NCBI GenBank assembly: GCA_964035545.1
Contig: OZ037768.1
Location: 15,359,875-15,423,874 of the forward strand
DNA: 64,000 bases
Source: Bugula neritina
Taxonomy: Eukaryota; Animalia; Bryozoa
Direction of reading: 5' to 3'
The notes below the pieces were generated by a model. That model worked only from the letters and a program-made list of their open reading frames with translations, did no database searches and was not told where the DNA came from. Both the position numbers and the translations under genes were made by a program. How positions within the stretch are numbered: the stretch's first letter is position 1; every line of letters begins with the position of its first letter. Below are positions 1 to 15,030 of this stretch, one piece after another.

Positions 1-3000
1 ATACTGAATCACACTGCAACATACTGCAACATACTGCAACATACTGAAATACACTGTAACATACTGAAATATACTGCAACATACTGCAACATACTGAAAT
101 ACACTGTAACATGCTGAAATACACTGCAACATACTGCAACGTACTGAAAAACACTGTAAAATATTGAAATACACTGCAACACATTGAAATATACTGCAAC
201 ATACCGAAATATATGGTAACCTACTAAAAATATACTGTAACACATTGAAATATACCGAACATTCTGAAATACACTGCAACACAATGAAGTATACTGAAAT
301 ATACAGAAATCTACCAAAAAATACTGAAATATACTTCAACATACTGAAATATACCTAAAAGCATTGAAACATACTGAAATACACTGTAACATACTGAATC
401 ACACTGCAACATACTGCAACAAACTGAAATGTACTGCAACATGCTGAAATATACTGCAACATACTGAAATACACTGTAACATACTGAATTACACTGCAAC
501 ATACTGCGACATACTGAAGTGCACTGCATCAAAATTAAACATACTGTAACACACTGAAACATACTGCAAATTACTGAAATATATGGTAACCTACTCAAAA
601 TATACTGCAACATACTGAAATATGCTGTAGCATACTGAAATACACTGCAAAACACTGAAGTATACCGTAATTTACAGAAATGTACTGTAACATACTGAAA
701 CATACGTCAACATACTGAAATGTACGGCAACATGCTGGAATTGACTGTAACATACTGAATCACACTGCAACATACTGCAACATATTGAATTACACTGTAA
801 CATACTGAAATATACTGCAACATACTGCAACATACTGAAATACACTGTAACATACTGAAATATACTGCAAAATACTGAAATACACCGTAACAAACTGAAT
901 TACACAGCAACATACTGAAATACACTGTAACATACTGAAATACACTGCAACACATTGGAATGCACTGCAACTTACCGAAATATATGGTAACGTATTGAAA
1001 TATGTTGCAAACCACTGAAATATACTGCAACATACTGAAATAAATTGCAACACATTGAAATATACTGCAACATACCGAAATATATGGTAACCTACTGAAA
1101 TACACTGTAACACATTGAATGGGTTTACAGAAATAGACTGCAACATACTGAAATACACTGTAACATATTGAATCACGCTGCAACATACTGCAACATACTG
1201 AACTACACTGTAACATATTGAAATATACTGCAACCTACTGCAACATACTGAAGTACACCGTAACATACTGAAATACACTGCAACATAATGCAACATACTG
1301 AAATACACTGCAACACGCTGAAGTATACTGAAATATACAGAAATCTATTGTAAAACACTGAAATATACTGCAACATACTGAAATATACTGCAACATACTG
1401 CAACATACTGAAATACACTGTAACATACTGAAATACACTGCAACACATCGAAATATACCGCAACATACCGAATTATATGATAACCTACTGAATTAGACTG
1501 TAACACATTGAATCATACTGCAACATACTGAAATACACTGCAACACACTGAAGTATAATGTAATATATGGAAATATACTGTAACATACTGTAACATACTG
1601 ATATACGCTGTAAAATATTGAATTACACTGCAACATATTGAAATAAACTGCAACATACCGAAATATATTATAACCTACTCAAAATATACTGTAACACATT
1701 GAAATATACCGAACTTTCTGAAATACACTGCAACAAAATGAAGTATACTGAAATATACAGAAATCTACTGTAAAATACTGAAATATACTTCAACATATTG
1801 AATTATACCTAAAAACATTGAAACATACCAAAATACACTGTAACATACTGAAATACACTGCAACACATTGAAATATACTGCAACATGCCGAAATATATGG
1901 TAACCTACTGAAATATACTGTAACACATTGAATTAATTTACAGAAATGTACTGTAACATACTGAAACATACGTCAACATACTGAAATGAACTGCAACATG
2001 CTGAAATATACTGCAACATACTTAAATACACTGTAACATACTGAATCACACTGCAACATACTGCAACAAACTGAAATGTACTGCAACATGCTGAAATATA
2101 CTGCAACATACTGAAATACACTGTAACATACTGAAATACACTGCAACACATTGGACTATACTGCAACATACCGAAATATATGGTAACCTACTGAAATATG
2201 TTGCAAACTACCGAAATATACTGCAACATACTGAAATACAGTGTAACATACTGAAATACACTGCAAGACGCTGAAGTATACCGTATTTTACAGAAAGTAA
2301 TGTAACATACTGAAACATACATCAACATACTGAAATGAACCGCAAAATGCTAAAATAGACTGCAACATACTGAAATACACTGTAACGTACTGAATCACAC
2401 TGCAACATACTGCAACATACTGAAATACACTGTAACATACTGAAATATACTGCAACATACTGCAACATACTGAAATACACTGTAACATGCTGAAATACAC
2501 TGCAACATACTGCAACGTACTGAAATACACTGTAAAATATTGAAATACACTGCAACACATTGAAATATACTGCAACATACCGAAATATATGGTAACCTAC
2601 TAAAAATATACTGTAACACATTGAAATATACCGAACATTCTGAAATACACTGCAACACAATGAAGTATACTGAAATATACAGAAATCTACCAAAAAATAC
2701 TGAAATATACTTCAACATACTGAAATATACCTAAAAGCATTGAAACATACTGAAATACACTGTAACATACTGAATCACACTGCAACATACTGCAACAAAC
2801 TGAAATGTACTGCAACATGCTGAAATATACTGCAACATACTGAAATACACTGTAACATACTGAATTACACTGCAACATACTGCGACATACTGAAGTGCAC
2901 TGCATCAAAATTAAACATACTGTAACACACTGAAACATACTGCAAATTACTGAAATATATGGTAACCTACTCAAAATATACTGCAACATACTGAAATATG

Positions 3001-6000
3001 CTGTAGCATACTGAAATACACTGCAAAACACTGAAGTATACCGTAATTAACAGAAATGTACTGTAACATACTGAAACATACGTCAACATACTGAAATGTA
3101 CGGCAACATGCTGGAATTGACTGTAACATACTGAATCACACTGCAACATACTGCAACATATTGAATTACACTGTAACATACTGAAATATACTGCAACATA
3201 CTGCAACATACTGAAATACACTGTAACATACTGAAATACACTGCAAAATACTGAAATACACCGTAACAAACTGAATTACACAGCAACATACTGAAATACA
3301 CTGTAACATACTGAAATACACTGCAACACATTTGGAATGCACTGCAACTTACCGAAATATATGGTAACGTATTGAAATATGTTGCAAACCACTGAAATAT
3401 ACTGCAACATACTGCAACATACTGAAATAAATTGCAACACATTGAAATATACTGCAACATACCGAAATATATGGTAACCTACTGAAATACACTGTAACAC
3501 ATTGAATGGGTTTACAGAAATAGACTGCAACATACTGAAATACACTGTAACATATTAAATCACGCTGCAACATACTGCAACATACTGAACTACACTGTAA
3601 CATATTGAAATATACTGCAACCTACTGCAACATACTGAAGTACACCGTAACATACTGAAATACACTGCAACATAATGCAACATACTGAAATACACTGCAA
3701 CACGCTGAAGTATACTGAAATATACAGAAATCTATTGTAAAACACTGAAATATACTGCAACATACTGAAATATACTGCAACATACTGCAACATACTGAAA
3801 TACACTGTAACATACTGAAATACACTGCAACACATCGAAATATACCGCAACATACCGAATTATATGATAACCTACTGAATTAGACTGTAACACATTGAAT
3901 CATACTGCAACATACTGAAATACACTGCAACACACTGAAGTATAATGTAATATATGGAAATATACTGTAACATACTGTAACATACTGATATACGCTGTAA
4001 AATATTGAATTACACTGCAACATATTGAAATAAACTGCAACATACCGAAATATATTATAACCTACTCAAAATATACTGTAACACATTGAAATATACCGAA
4101 CTTTCTGAAATACACTGCAACAAAATGAAGTATACTGAAATATACAGAAATCTACTGTAAAATACTGAAATATACTTCAACATATTGAATTATACCTAAA
4201 AACATTGAAACATACCAAAATACACTGTAACATACTGAAATACACTGCAACACATTGAAATATACTGCAACATGCCGAAATATATGGTAACCTACTGAAA
4301 TATACTGTAACACATTGAATTAATTTACAGAAATGTACTGTAACATACTGAAACATACGTCAACATACTGAAATGAACTGCAACATGCTGAAATATACTG
4401 CAACATACTTAAATACACTGTAACATACTGAATCACACTGCAACATACTGCAACAAACTGAAATGTACTGCAACATGCTGAAATATACTGCAACATACTG
4501 AAATACACTGTAACATACTGAAATACACTGCAACACATTGGACTATACTGCAACATACCGAAATATATGGTAACCTACTGAAATATGTTGCAAACTACCG
4601 AAATATACTGCAACATACTGAAATACAGTGTAACATACTGAAATACACTGCAAGACGCTGAAGTATATCGTATTTTACAGAAAGTAATGTAACATACTGA
4701 AACATACATCAACATACTGAAATGAACCGCAAAATGCTAAAATAGACTGCAACATACTGAAATACACTGTAACGTACTGAATCACACTGCAACATACTGC
4801 AACATACTGAAATACACTGTAACATACTGAAATATACTGCAACATACTGCAACATACTGAAATACACTGTAACATGCTGAAATACACTGCAACATACTGC
4901 AACGTACTGAAATACACTGTAAAATATTGAAATACACTGCAACACATTGAAATATACTGCAACATACCGAAATATATGGTAACCTACTAAAAATATACTG
5001 TAACACATTGAAATATACCGAACATTCTGAAATACACTGCAACACAATGAAGTATACTGAAATATACAGAAATCTACCAAAAAATACTGAAATATACTTC
5101 AACATACTGAAATATACCTAAAAGCATTGAAACATACTGAAATACACTGTAACATACTGAATCACACTGCAACATACTGCAACAAACTGAAATGTACTGC
5201 AACATGCTGAAAAATACTGCAACATACTGAAATACACTGTAACATACTGAATTACACTGCAACATACTGCGACATACTGAAGTGCACTGCATCAAAATTA
5301 AACATACTGTAACACACTGAAACATACTGCAAATTACTGAAATATATGGTAACCTACTCAAAATATACTGCAACATACTGAAATATGCTGTAGCATACTG
5401 AAATACACTGCAAAACACTGAAGTATACCGTAATTAACAGAAATGTACTGTAACATACTGAAACATACGTCAACATACTGAAATGTACGGCAACATGCTG
5501 GAATTGACTGTAACATACTGAATCACACTGCAACATACTGCAACATATTGAATTACACTGTAACATACTGAAATATACTGCAACATACTGCAACATACTG
5601 AATTACACTGTAACATACTGAAATATACTGCAAAATACTGAAATACACCGTAACAAACTGAATTACACAGCAACATACTGAAATACACTGTAACATACTG
5701 AAATACACTGCAACACATTGGAATGCACTGCAACTTACCGAAATATATAGTAACGTATTGAAATATGTTGCAAACCACTGAAATATACTGCAACATACTG
5801 CAACATACTGAAATAAATTGCAACACATTGAAATATACTGCAACATACCGAAATATATGGTAACCTACTGAAATACACTGTAACGCATTGAATGGGTTTA
5901 CAGAAATAGACTGCAACACACTGAAATACACTGTAACATATTGAATCACGCTGCAACATACTGCAACATACTGAACTACACTGTAACATATTGAAATATA

Positions 6001-9000
6001 CTGCAACCTACTGCAACATACTGAAGTACACCGTAACATACTGAAATACACTGCAACATAATGCAACATACTGAAATACACTGCAACACGCTGAAGTATA
6101 CTGAAATATACAGAAATCTATTGTAAAACACTGAAATATACTGCAACATACTGAAATATACTGCAACATACTGCAACATACTGAAATACACTGTAACATA
6201 CTGAAATACACTGCAACACATCGAAATATACCGCAACATACCGAATTATATGATAACCTACTGAATTAGACTGTAACACATTGAATCATACTGCAACATA
6301 CTGAAATACACTGCAACACACTGAAGTATAATGTAATATATGGAAATATACTGTAACATACTGTAACATACTGATATACGCTGTAAAATATTGAGTTACA
6401 CTGCAACATATTGAAATAAACTGCAACATACCGAAATATATTATAACCTACTCAAAATATACTGTAACACATTGAAATATACCGAACTTTCTGAAATACA
6501 CTGCAACAAAATGAAGTATACTGAAATATACAGAAATCTACTGTAAAATACTGAAATATACTTCAACATATTGAATTATACCTAAAAACATTGAAACATA
6601 CCGAAATACACTGTAACATACTGAAATACACTGCAACACATTGAAATATACTGCAACATGCCGAAATATATGGTAACCTACTGAAATATACTGTAACACA
6701 TTGAATTAATTTACAGAAATGTACTGTAACATACTGAAACATACGTCAACATACTGAAATGAACTGCAACATGCTGAAATATACTGCAACATACTTAAAT
6801 ACACTGTAACATACTGAATCACACTGCAACATACTGCAACAAACTGAAATGTACTGCAACATGCTGAAATATACTGCAACATACTGAAATACACTGTAAC
6901 ATACTGAAATACACTGCAACACATTGGACTATACTGCAACATACCGAAATATATGGTAACCTACTGAAATATAGTGCAAACTACCGAAATATACTGCAAC
7001 ATACTGAAATACAGTGTAACATACTGAAATACACTGCAAGACGCTGAAGTATACCGTATTTTACAGAAAGTAATGTAACATACTGAAACATACATCAACA
7101 TACTGAAATGAACCGCAAAATGCTAAAATAGACTGCAACATACTGAAATACACTGTAACGTACTGAATCACACTGCAACATACTGAAATACACTGTAACA
7201 TACTGAAATATACTGCAACATACTGCAACATACTGAAATACACTGCAACACATTGAAATATACTGCAACATACCGAAATATATGGTAACCTACTAAAAAT
7301 ATACTGTAACACATTGAAATATACCGAACATTCTGAAATACACTGCAACACAATGAAGTATACTGAAATATACAGAAATCTACCAAAAAATACTGAAATA
7401 TACTTCAACATACTGAAATATACCTAAAAGCTTTGAAACATACTGAAATACACTGTAACATACTGAATCACACTGCAACATACTGCAACAAACTGAAATG
7501 TACTGCAACATGCTGAAAAATACTGCAACATACTGAAATACACTGTAACATACTGAATTACACTGCAACATACTGCGACATACTGAAGTGCACTGCATCA
7601 AAATTAAACATACTGTAACACACTGAAACATACTGCAAATAACTGAAATATATGGTAACCTACTCAAAATATACTGCAACATACTGAAATATGCTGTAGC
7701 ATACTGAAATACACTGCAAAACACTGAAGTATACCGTAATTAACAGAAATGTACTGTAACATACTGAAACATACGTCAACATACTGAAATGTACGGCAAC
7801 ATGCTGGAATTGACTGTAACATACTGAATCACACTGCAACATACTGCAACATATTGAATTACACTGTAACATACTGAAATATACTGCAACATACTGCAAC
7901 ATACTGAAATACACTGTAACATACTGAAATATACTGCAAAATACTGAAATACACCGTAACAAACTGAATTACACAGCAACATACTGAAATACAGTGTAAC
8001 ATACTGAAATACACTGCAACACATTGGAATGCACTGCAACTTACCGAAATATATGGTAACGTATTGAAATATGTTGCAAACCACTGAAATATACTGCAAC
8101 ATACTGCAACATACTGAAATAAATTGCAACACATTGAAATATACTGCAACATACCGAAATATATGGTAACCTACTGAAATACACTGTAACGCATTGAATG
8201 GGTTTACAGAAATAGACTGCAACATACTGAAATACACTGTAACATATTGAATCACGCTGCAACATACTGCAACATACTGAACTACACTGTAACATATTGA
8301 AATATACTGCAACCTACTGCAACATACTGAAGTACACCGTAACATACTGAAATACACTGCAACATAATGCAACATACTGAAATACACTGCAACACGCTGA
8401 AGTATACTGAAATATACAGAAATCTATTGTAAAACACTGAAATATACTGCAACATACTGAAATATACTGCAACATACTGCAACATACTGAAATACACTGT
8501 AACATACTGAAATACACTGCAACACATCGAAATATACCGCAACATACCGAATTATATGATAACCTACTGAATTAGACTGTAACACATTGAATCATACTGC
8601 AACATACTGAAATACACTGCAACACACTGAAGTATAATGTAATATATGGAAATATACTGTAACATACTGTAACATACTGATATACGCTGTAAAATATTGA
8701 ATTACACTGCAACATATTGAAATAAACTGCAACATACCGAAATATATTATAACCTACTCAAATTATACTGTAACACATTGAAATATACCGAACTTTCTGA
8801 AATACACTGCAACAAAATGAAGTATACTGAAATATACAGAAATCTACTGTAAAATACTGAAATATACTTCAACATAATGAATTATACCTAAAAACATTGA
8901 AACATACCGAAATACACTGTAACATACTGAAATACACTGCAACACATTGAAATATACTGCAACATGCCGAAATATATGGTAACCTACTGAAATATACTGT

Positions 9001-12000
9001 AACACATTGAATTAATTTACAGAAATGTACTGTAACATACTGAAACATACGTCAACATACTGAAATGAACTGCAACATGCTGAAATATACTGCAACATAC
9101 TTAAATACACTGTAACATACTGAATCACACTGCAACATACTGCAACAAACTAAAATGTACTGCAACATGCTGAAATATACTGCAACATACTGAAATACAC
9201 TGTAACATACTGAAATACACTGCAACACATTGGACTATACTGCAACATACCGAAATATATGGTAACCTACTGAAATATGTTGCAAACTACCGAAATATAC
9301 TGCAACATACTGAAATACAGTGTAACATACTGAAATACACTGCAAGACGCTGAAGTATACCGTATTTTACAGAAAGTAATGTAACATACTGAAACATACA
9401 TCAACATACTGAAATGAACCGCAAAATGCTAAAATAGACTGCAACATACTGAAATACACTGTAACGTACTGAATCACACTGCAACATACTGAAATACACT
9501 GTAACATACTGAAATATACTGCAACATACTGCAACATACTGAAATACACTGCAACACATTGAAATATACTGCAACATACCGAAATATATGGTAACCTACT
9601 AAAAATATACTGTAACACATTGAAATATACCGAACATTCTGAAATACACTGCAACACAATGAAGTATACTGAAATATACAGAAATCTACCAAAAAATACT
9701 GAAATATACTTCAACATACTGAAATATACCTAAAAGCATTGAAACATACTGAAATACACTGTAACATACTGAATCACACTGCAACATACTGCAACAAACT
9801 GAAATGTACTGCAACATGCTGAAAAATACTGCAACATACTGAAATACACTGTAACATACTGAATTACACTGCAACATACTGCGACATACTGAAGTGCACT
9901 GCATCAAAATTAAACATACTGTAACACACTGAAACATACTGCAAATTACTGAAATATATGGTAACCTACTCAAAATATACTGCAACATACTGATATATGC
10001 TGTAGCATACTGAAATACACTGCAAAACACTGAAGTATACCGTAATTAACAGAAATGTACTGTAACATACTGAAACATACGTCAACATACTGAAATGTAC
10101 GGCAACATGCTGGAATTGACTGTAACATACTGAATCACACTGCAACATACTGCAACATATTGAATTACACTGTAACATACTGAAATATACTGCAACATAC
10201 TGCAACATACTGAAATACACTGTAACATACTGAAATATACTGCAAAATACTGAAATACACCGTAACAAACTGAATTACACAGCAACATACTGAAATACAC
10301 TGTAACATACTGAAATACACTGCAACACATTGGAATGCACTGCAACTTACCGAAATATATGGTAACGTATTGAAATATGTTGCAAACCACTGAAATATAC
10401 TGCAACATACTGCAACATACTGAAATAAATTGCAACACATTGAAATATACTGCAACATACCGAAATATATGGTAACCTACTGAAATACACTGTAACGCAT
10501 TGAATGGGTTTACAGAAATAGACTGCAACATACTGAAATACACTGTAACATATTGAATCACGCTGCAACATACTGCAACATACTGAACTACACTGTAACA
10601 TATTGAAATATACTGCAACCTACTGCAACATACTGAAGTACACCGTAACATACTGAAATACACTGCAACATAATGCAACATACTGAAATACACTGCAACA
10701 CGCTGAAGTATACTGAAATATACAGAAATCTATTGTAAAACACTGAAATATACTGCAACATACTGAAATATACTGCAACATACTGCAACATACTGAAATA
10801 CACTGTAACATACTGAAATACACTGCAACACATCGAAATATACCGCAACATACCGAATTATATGATAACCTACTGAATTAGACTGTAACACATTGAATCA
10901 TACTGCAACATACTGAAATACACTGCAACACACTGAAGTATAATGTAATATATGGAAATATACTGTAACATACTGTAACATACTGATATACGCTGTAAAA
11001 TATTGAATTACACTGCAACATATTGAAATAAACTGCAACATACCGAAATATATTATAACCTACTCAAAATATACTGTAACACATTGAAATATACCGAACT
11101 TTCTGAAATACACTGCAACAAAATGAAGTATACTGAAATATACAGAAATCTACTGTAAAATACTGAAATATACTTCAACATACTGAAATATACCTAAAAG
11201 CATTGAAACATACTGAAATACACTGTAACATACTGAATCACACTGCAACATACTGCAACAAACTGAAATGTACTGCAACATGCTGTAATATACTGCAACA
11301 TACTGAAATACACTGTAACATACTGAATTACACTGCAACATACTGCGACATACTGAAGTGCACTGCATCAAAATTAAACATACTGTAACACACTGAAACA
11401 TACTGCAAATTACTGAAATATATGGTAACCTACTCAAAATATACTGCAACATACTGAAATATGCTGTAGCATACTGAAATACACTGCAAAACACTGAAGT
11501 ATACCGTAATTTACAGAAATGTACTGTAACATACTGAAACATACGTCAACATACTGAAATGTACGGCAACATGTTGGAATTGACTGTAACATACTGAATC
11601 ACACTGCAACATACTGCAACATATTGAATTACACTGTAACATACTGAAATATACTGCAACATACTGCAACATACTGAAATACACTGTAACATACTGAAAT
11701 ATACTGCAAAATACTGAAATACACCGTAACAAACTGAATTACACAGCAACATACTGAAATACACTGTAACATACTGAAATACACTGCAACACATTGGAAT
11801 GCACTGCAACTTACCGAAATATATGGTAACGTATTGAAATATGTTGCAAACCACTGAAATATACTGCAACATACTGCAACATACTGAAATAAATTGGAAC
11901 ACATTGAAATATACTGCAACATACCGAAATATATGGTAACCTACTGAAATACACTGTAACACATTGAATGGGTTTACAGAAATAGACTGCAACATACTGA

Positions 12001-15000
12001 AATACACTGTAACATATTGAATCACGCTGCAACATACTGCAACATACTGAACTACACTGTAACATATTGAAATATACTGCAACCTACTGCAACATACTGA
12101 AGTACACCGTAACATACTGAAATACACTGCAACATAATGCAACATACTGAAATACACTGCAACACGCTGAAGTATACTGAAATATACAGAAATCTATTGT
12201 AAAACACTGAAATATACTGCAACATACTGAAATTTACTGCAACATACTGCAACATACTGAAATACACTGTAACATACTGAAATACACTGCAACACATCGA
12301 AATATACCGCAACATACCGAATTATATGATAACCTACTGAATTAGACTGTAACACATTGAATCATACTGCAACATACTGAAATACACTGCAACACACTGA
12401 AGTATAATGTAATATATGGAAATATACTGTAACATACTGTAACATACTGATATACGCTGTAAAATATTGAATTACACTGCAACATATTGAAATAAACTGC
12501 AACATACCGAAATATATTATAACCTAGTCAAAATATACTGTATTACATTGAAATATACCGAACTTTCTGAAATACACTGCAACAAAATGAAGTATACTGA
12601 AATATACAGAAATCTACTGTAAAATACTGAAATATACTTCAACATATTGAATTATACCTAAAAACATTGAAACATACCGAAATACACTGTAACATACTGA
12701 AATACACTGCAACACATTGAAATATACTGCAACATGCCGAAATATATGGTAACCTACTGAAATATACTGTAACACATTGAATTAATTTACAGAAATGTAC
12801 TGTAACATACTGAAACATACGTCAACATACTGAAATGAACTGCAACATGCTAAAATATACTGCAACATACTTAAATACACTGTAACATACTGAATCACAC
12901 TGCAACATACTGCAACAAACTGAAATGTACTGCAACATGCTGAAATATACTGCAACATACTGAAATACACTGTAACATACTGAAATACACTGCAACACAT
13001 TGGACTATACTGCAACATACCGAAATATATGGTAACCTACTGAAATATGTTGCAAATTACCGAAATATACTGCAACATACTGAAATACAGTGTAACATAC
13101 TGAAATACACTGCAAGACGCTGAAGTATACCGTATTTTACAGAAAGTAATGTAACATACTGAAACATACATCAACATACTGAAATGAACCGCAAAATGCT
13201 AAAATAGACTGCAACATACTGAAATACGCTGTAACGTACTGAATCACACTGCAACATACTGCAACATACTGAAATACACTGCAACATACTGAAATATACT
13301 GCAACATACTGCAACATACTGAAATACACTGTAACATGCTGAAATACACTGCAACATACTGCAACGTACTGAAATACACTGTAAAATATTGAAATACACT
13401 GCAACACATTGAAATATACTGCAACATACCGAAATATATGGTAACCTACTAAAAATATACTGTAACACATTGAAATATACCGAACATTCTGAAATACACT
13501 GCAACACAATGAAGTATACTGAAATATACAGAAATCTACCAAAAAATACTGAAATATACTTCAACATACTGAAATATACCTAAAAGCATTGAAACATACT
13601 GAAATACACTGTAACATCCTGAATCACACTGCAACATACTGCAACAAACTGAAATGTACTGCAACATGCTGAAATATACTGCAACATACTGAAATACACT
13701 GTAACATACTGAATTACACTGCAACATACTGCGACATACTGAAGTGCACTGCATCAAAATTAAACATACTGTAACACACTGAAACATACTGCAAATTACT
13801 GAAATATATGGTAACCTACTCAAAATATACTGCAACATACTGAAATATGCTGTAGCATACTGAAATACACTGCAAAACACTGAAGTATACCGTAATTTAC
13901 AGAAATGTACTGTAACATACTGAAACATACGTCAACATACTGAAATGTACGGCAACATGCTGGAATTGACTGTAACATACTGAATCACACTGCAACATAC
14001 TGCAACATATTGAATTACACTGTAACATACTGAAATATACTGCAACATACTGCAACATACTGAAATACACTGTAACATACTGAAATATACTGCAAAATAC
14101 TGAAATACACCGTAACAAACTGAATTACACAGCAACATACTGAAATACACTGTAACATACTGAAAAACACTGCAACACATTGGAATGCACTGCAACTTAC
14201 CGAAATATATGGTAACGTATTGAAATATGTTGCAAACCACTGAAATATACTGCAACATACTGCAACATACTGAAAAAAATTGCAACACATTGAAATATAC
14301 TGCAACATACCGAAATATATGGTAACCTACTGAAATACACTGTAACACATTGAATGGGTTTACAGAAGTAGACTGCAACATACTGAAATACACTGTAACA
14401 TATTGAATCACGCTGCAACATACTGCAACATACTGAACTACACTGTAACATATTGAAATATACTGCAACCTACTGCAACATACTGAAGTACACCGTAACA
14501 TACTGAAATACACTGCAACATAATGCAACATACTGAAATACACTGCAACACGCTGAAGTATACTGAAATATACAGAAATCTATTGTAAAACACTGAAATA
14601 TACTGCAACATACTGAAATATACTGCAACATACTGCAACATACTGAAATACACTGTAACATACTGAAATACACTGCAACACATCGAAATATACCGCAACA
14701 TACCGAATTATATGATAACCTACTGAATTAGACTGTAACACATTGAATCATACTGCAACATACTGAAATACACTGCAACACACTGAAGTATAATGTAATA
14801 TATGGAAATATACTGTAACATACTGTAACATACTGATATACGCTGTAAAATATTGAATTACACTGCAACATATTGAAATAAACTGCAACATACCGAAATA
14901 TATTATAACCTACTCAAAATATACTGTAACACATTGAAATATACCGAACTTTCTGAAATACACTGCAACAAAATGAAGTATACTGAAATATACAGAAATC

Positions 15001-15030
15001 TACTGTAAAATACTGAAATATACTTCAACA
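1..15030. repeat. HOR domain A: ~2386-bp higher-order repeat, about 6.5 copies, with 2376/2387/2306/1464-bp length variants
   Basis: The matching 87-aa ORF ends at 1466, 3853, 6239, 8545, 10851, 12315 and 14701 (offsets 2387, 2386, 2306, 2306, 1464, 2386). Landmarks GAATGGGTTTACAG, GTACGGCAACATGCTGGAATTG and GTATAATGTAATATATGG recur at the same offsets. Confidence 0.95.

Noticed and set aside
515-530. Short palindromes (AGTGCACT, AGTATACT, TGCA) as hairpins, terminators or cruciforms
   Set aside because: They are only 4-8 bp, arise by single changes from the consensus, and no long inverted repeat or stem-loop was seen.
3325-3340. 1-bp insertion (CACATTTGGAATG vs CACATTGGAATG) that makes one HOR 2387 bp
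   Set aside because: A singleton homopolymer extension that may be a sequencing or consensus error, so it is not treated as a biological variant.
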